From contig CAWJKT010000006.1 in NCBI GenBank assembly GCA_963843375.1, positions 1 to 64,000 of the forward strand: 64,000 nt of DNA, written 5' to 3'. Within the stretch, counting starts at the first letter, position 1. Each line of letters begins with the position of its first letter. The notes under the pieces were generated by a model that saw nothing but the letters and a program-made list of their open reading frames with translations, was not told the DNA's origin and did not search any database. Positions 61,625 to 64,000 of this stretch are shown in pieces. This DNA is from an uncultured Pseudomonadota bacterium. GTDB lineage: Bacteria; Oederibacteriota; Muellerivitia; Muellerivitales; Muellerivitaceae. The position numbers were made by a program, and so were the translations under genes.

Positions 61625-61825
61625 TTACAGGAGGGATAATAAGAAAGGGGGTGGCAAATCATTTGCCTAATCCTACGAATGTTTGACCTAATACACCGGA
61701 AAGCTGTTGTTTTTATGGAGAGTGAAAGATTCGGGATATTTACGGCTTTTAGGAGGCGAGCAACGGCTGGGATGAACAATTAATGTATAAACTATTGGCC
61801 CGGACCCTTTGTTTCATTTTTCTTT

Positions 61826-61851
61826 GTCCACGATGGGTCCCCGTCGTAAAC
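61826..61851 (+). repeat. Cassette-boundary site 20
   Basis: GTCCACGATG-GGTCCC-CGTCGTAAAC. Confidence 0.85.
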
Positions 61852-61857
61852 AACCTA

Positions 61858-62286
61858 TTAAAATTTTTTATATAAAAAATAACGTTTGCTTCCCTTTGGA
61901 AAAGATTTTAAAGAACCAAATTTTTTAAATCCCATCTTCCGGTAAAATTCCGGGGCTTGGAAATCGAAAGTATCCAAATGGACATACCGGCACCCTCTTT
62001 TCCGCGCAATGGCTTGCGCCTTTTGGAGCAATTGGGTGCCTAATCCCTGGTTCCGGTTCTTTTCATTTACCCAGAGGGTCTTCACGAAAAGCCATCCCCA
62101 ATAGGTCCCGCTGACCAGCCCGCCCACTATTTTACCCTTGGGGTCGACGGCTTTCAGGTCCAGGTCCCGCCAATCGAGTCGACCAATATATTTCCTGTTA
62201 TAGGAATTGAGTTCCCGGCCAACGAAGTCCCTGAACCTCTTGTTAGGCGAGTTTACGGTTTTAATGGAGCCTGAAGCTTTTATCAT
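61858..62286 (-). CDS. GNAT family acetyltransferase
   Basis: LWVNEKNRNQGLGTQLL, LDTFDFQAPEFYRKMGF. Confidence 0.92.
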   Translation of the reverse strand: MIKASGSIKTVNSPNKRFRDFVGRELNSYNRKYIGRLDWRDLDLKAVDPKGKIVGGLVSGTYWGWLFVKTLWVNEKNRNQGLGTQLLQKAQAIARKRGCRYVHLDTFDFQAPEFYRKMGFKKFGSLKSFPKGSKRYFLYKKF

Positions 62287-62333
62287 GCCAACTCCTTTAC
62301 GTCATAAAAAATAGTCATCGCCAAAAAATGGTT

Positions 62334-62359
62334 GTCCACGACGGGTCCCCGTCGTGGAC
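62334..62359 (+). repeat. Cassette-boundary site 21 (perfect consensus)
   Basis: GTCCACGACG-GGTCCC-CGTCGTGGAC. Confidence 0.92.
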
Positions 62360-62379
62360 AGCTAAAATTCAATAAATAA

Positions 62380-63171
62380 TCAGGGCGGACTTGGTATTGA
62401 ATCCGAAGATTTCTCTGTTTCTTTTTTTAACCTTTGTTGCTTTTGATATTTAGAAAGATAGTTTTTATCGTACCAATCTTCCAATAACTTATTCCGGGGA
62501 TTATTGGGTCTTAAAAGCTCGTCAACTAAATCTTCGATATAGGGTACTGTGATCCCTTTCCCCATTCTTCCTATCAACTGTTCATCCTCATAGGGCAAAT
62601 TTAATCTTTTGCAATTAGGAATCCAGACTTCTTGAAAAAATTCATGGGCTTCTTGAATTGTGTCGTTTTCAATAACGCTATGCTCGATAACAAAAGCCTG
62701 GCGGTTAATCAGGCCCTTTTCTGCCTTATCATCAATTTTTAAAGACCGTTTTGAATTTTGAACATTAAAGAGTTCATAAAAAGCAGAAAACCAAAGCATA
62801 GGTCCACTTTTGGGTTCACCTTTATGATAGTTTTCCTGGGTAAAATTTTTAGTGACTTTAATCACTGCAAGCTTATGATTTTCATAGTCCGGCCCGGCCG
62901 AAACCGCATCCCATAAAGGTTCTGGATCACTAGGGTCCCATTGAACTTCACCCATACCGGCTTCTCCCGCAAATTGCCTAAGGGTCCAATTCCAAAGATC
63001 ATCCCCTTCTTTCACGTAAGGCGCCATGGCGGGCCGGTCATGGAGCATCTGTCGAAGCTGGGTCTCGCCCCAAGCCATCTGATCTTTGGTTAATGAAACC
63101 GGCTGATCTTGAGCTTTTATCGAAGTTCCAGAAATAAGGAAAATAATAAAAGCCACCAATAGCTTTTTCAC
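62380..63171 (-). CDS. Exported hypothetical protein
   Basis: Signal peptide; 263 aa ORF filling one inter-site interval. Confidence 0.7.
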   Translation of the reverse strand: MKKLLVAFIIFLISGTSIKAQDQPVSLTKDQMAWGETQLRQMLHDRPAMAPYVKEGDDLWNWTLRQFAGEAGMGEVQWDPSDPEPLWDAVSAGPDYENHKLAVIKVTKNFTQENYHKGEPKSGPMLWFSAFYELFNVQNSKRSLKIDDKAEKGLINRQAFVIEHSVIENDTIQEAHEFFQEVWIPNCKRLNLPYEDEQLIGRMGKGITVPYIEDLVDELLRPNNPRNKLLEDWYDKNYLSKYQKQQRLKKETEKSSDSIPSPP

Positions 63172-63194
63172 ACTAATTTCCTTTCAAAATAGCT

Positions 63195-63220
63195 GTCCAC
63201 GACGGGTCCCCGTCGTGGAC
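63195..63220 (+). repeat. Cassette-boundary site 22 (perfect consensus)
   Basis: GTCCACGACG-GGTCCC-CGTCGTGGAC. Confidence 0.92.
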
Positions 63221-63223
63221 AAA

Positions 63224-63631
63224 TTATTTTTCGTTCACAAAACTTTCCATTGAAACAGTAAGGTGGGGGGCGGCACGGCGGAGGGCACGGTCCTCAGTCA
63301 CGCAGGGAACCCCAAGTTTCTGGGCCAATAAGACATATTGGGCGTCATAGGCTGATATTTTGTGATGAAGCGCTATATCCAAGGTCTCAACAGGTCCCAA
63401 TTCCACTTCATTGGGAAGAATATGGGCGTAAACATCCTCCAAAGCTTTGACCGCTTTTTCTTTGGTTAATCCGCCCTGCCGGACATAGGTGATGAAAATG
63501 TTGAGGATTTCATGGCGCCAAATTCCTGGAAGTCTCCAATGTGGATCTCGTTTACGCACTTGGAGGGCTAATGGTGTCAGCGTCCCCTCGATTAGGGAAT
63601 AAGCCAATACGTTTGCATCCACGACAATCAA
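63224..63631 (-). CDS. vapC: VapC family PIN toxin
   Basis: IVVDANV, SAYDAQYVLLA, VTEDRAL; TTG start overlapping the antitoxin stop. Confidence 0.88.
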   Translation of the reverse strand: MIVVDANVLAYSLIEGTLTPLALQVRKRDPHWRLPGIWRHEILNIFITYVRQGGLTKEKAVKALEDVYAHILPNEVELGPVETLDIALHHKISAYDAQYVLLAQKLGVPCVTEDRALRRAAPHLTVSMESFVNEK

Positions 63632-63846
63632 GCGCGCCCCTTTTGGATTGTCTTTTTCAACCAGGCGGGAGTAATGGGAAATTTTCCCTTGATGGGTTCG
63701 GGCCAAGGGCGTTCCGAATGCCCGGACAAAGCTTCTTCCAGGAGAGCCAACGCTTCCTTGGTCATAGACCGTCGATGTTGTGTCGCGAATTCCTTGAGCT
63801 TCTTATGCACCGGTGCTGGAACATTTTTAATCAAAATATCAGGCAT
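63628..63846 (-). CDS. FitA/Arc-like ribbon-helix-helix antitoxin
   Basis: ILIKNVPAPVHKKLKEFATQHRRSM; AGGAGG RBS. Confidence 0.85.
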   Translation of the reverse strand: MPDILIKNVPAPVHKKLKEFATQHRRSMTKEALALLEEALSGHSERPWPEPIKGKFPITPAWLKKTIQKGRA

Positions 63847-64000
63847 GGCAACCTCCTATTCGTTCGATATCATAACAATATCATTACAATAGTACTATAT
63901 CCATTGAAGCGACAAGTGGCTGGCCGGTTAGTAGTTCGTTTGCGATATAACCAGCCCAAAAGAAGATGTTTTTCTTCAATTTAGGTGTCCGGTCCCCGGC

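Noticed and set aside
63986..64000. TGTCC-GGTCCCCGGC at the window edge as a 23rd site
   Set aside because: Left arm is incomplete and the sequence is cut by the window boundary; cannot be confirmed.

Overview
Bacterial genomic window, moderate GC, probably from an uncultured lineage and probably a long-read assembly (several single-base frameshifts, including one in essential ffh). Layout: (1) 1-24.6 kb accessory region with diiron enzymes, an NHL protein, GH30 and GH74 secreted glycosidases, redox and regulatory genes and a TA pair; (2) 24.6-45.5 kb core-like block (cNMP protein, TPR protein, ffh, cytochromes c, cardiolipin synthase, kinase-WD40, FHA-cyclase, GH12, GH44, DEAD-box helicase); (3) 45.5-64 kb array of small unrelated gene modules. 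The main observation is 22 intergenic copies of a 26-28 bp site, consensus (T)GTCCACGACG-GGTCCC-CGTCGTGGAC(A): inverted 11-bp arms around an asymmetric 6-bp spacer. The sites separate one-gene or few-gene modules, including five toxin-antitoxin pairs, and have one orientation within each of two arrays. This resembles an integron-like cassette array built on dif/lox-like tyrosine-recombinase sites rather than attC hairpins. No recombinase gene is visible in the window, so the mechanism is inferred, and a REP-like explanation is not excluded.
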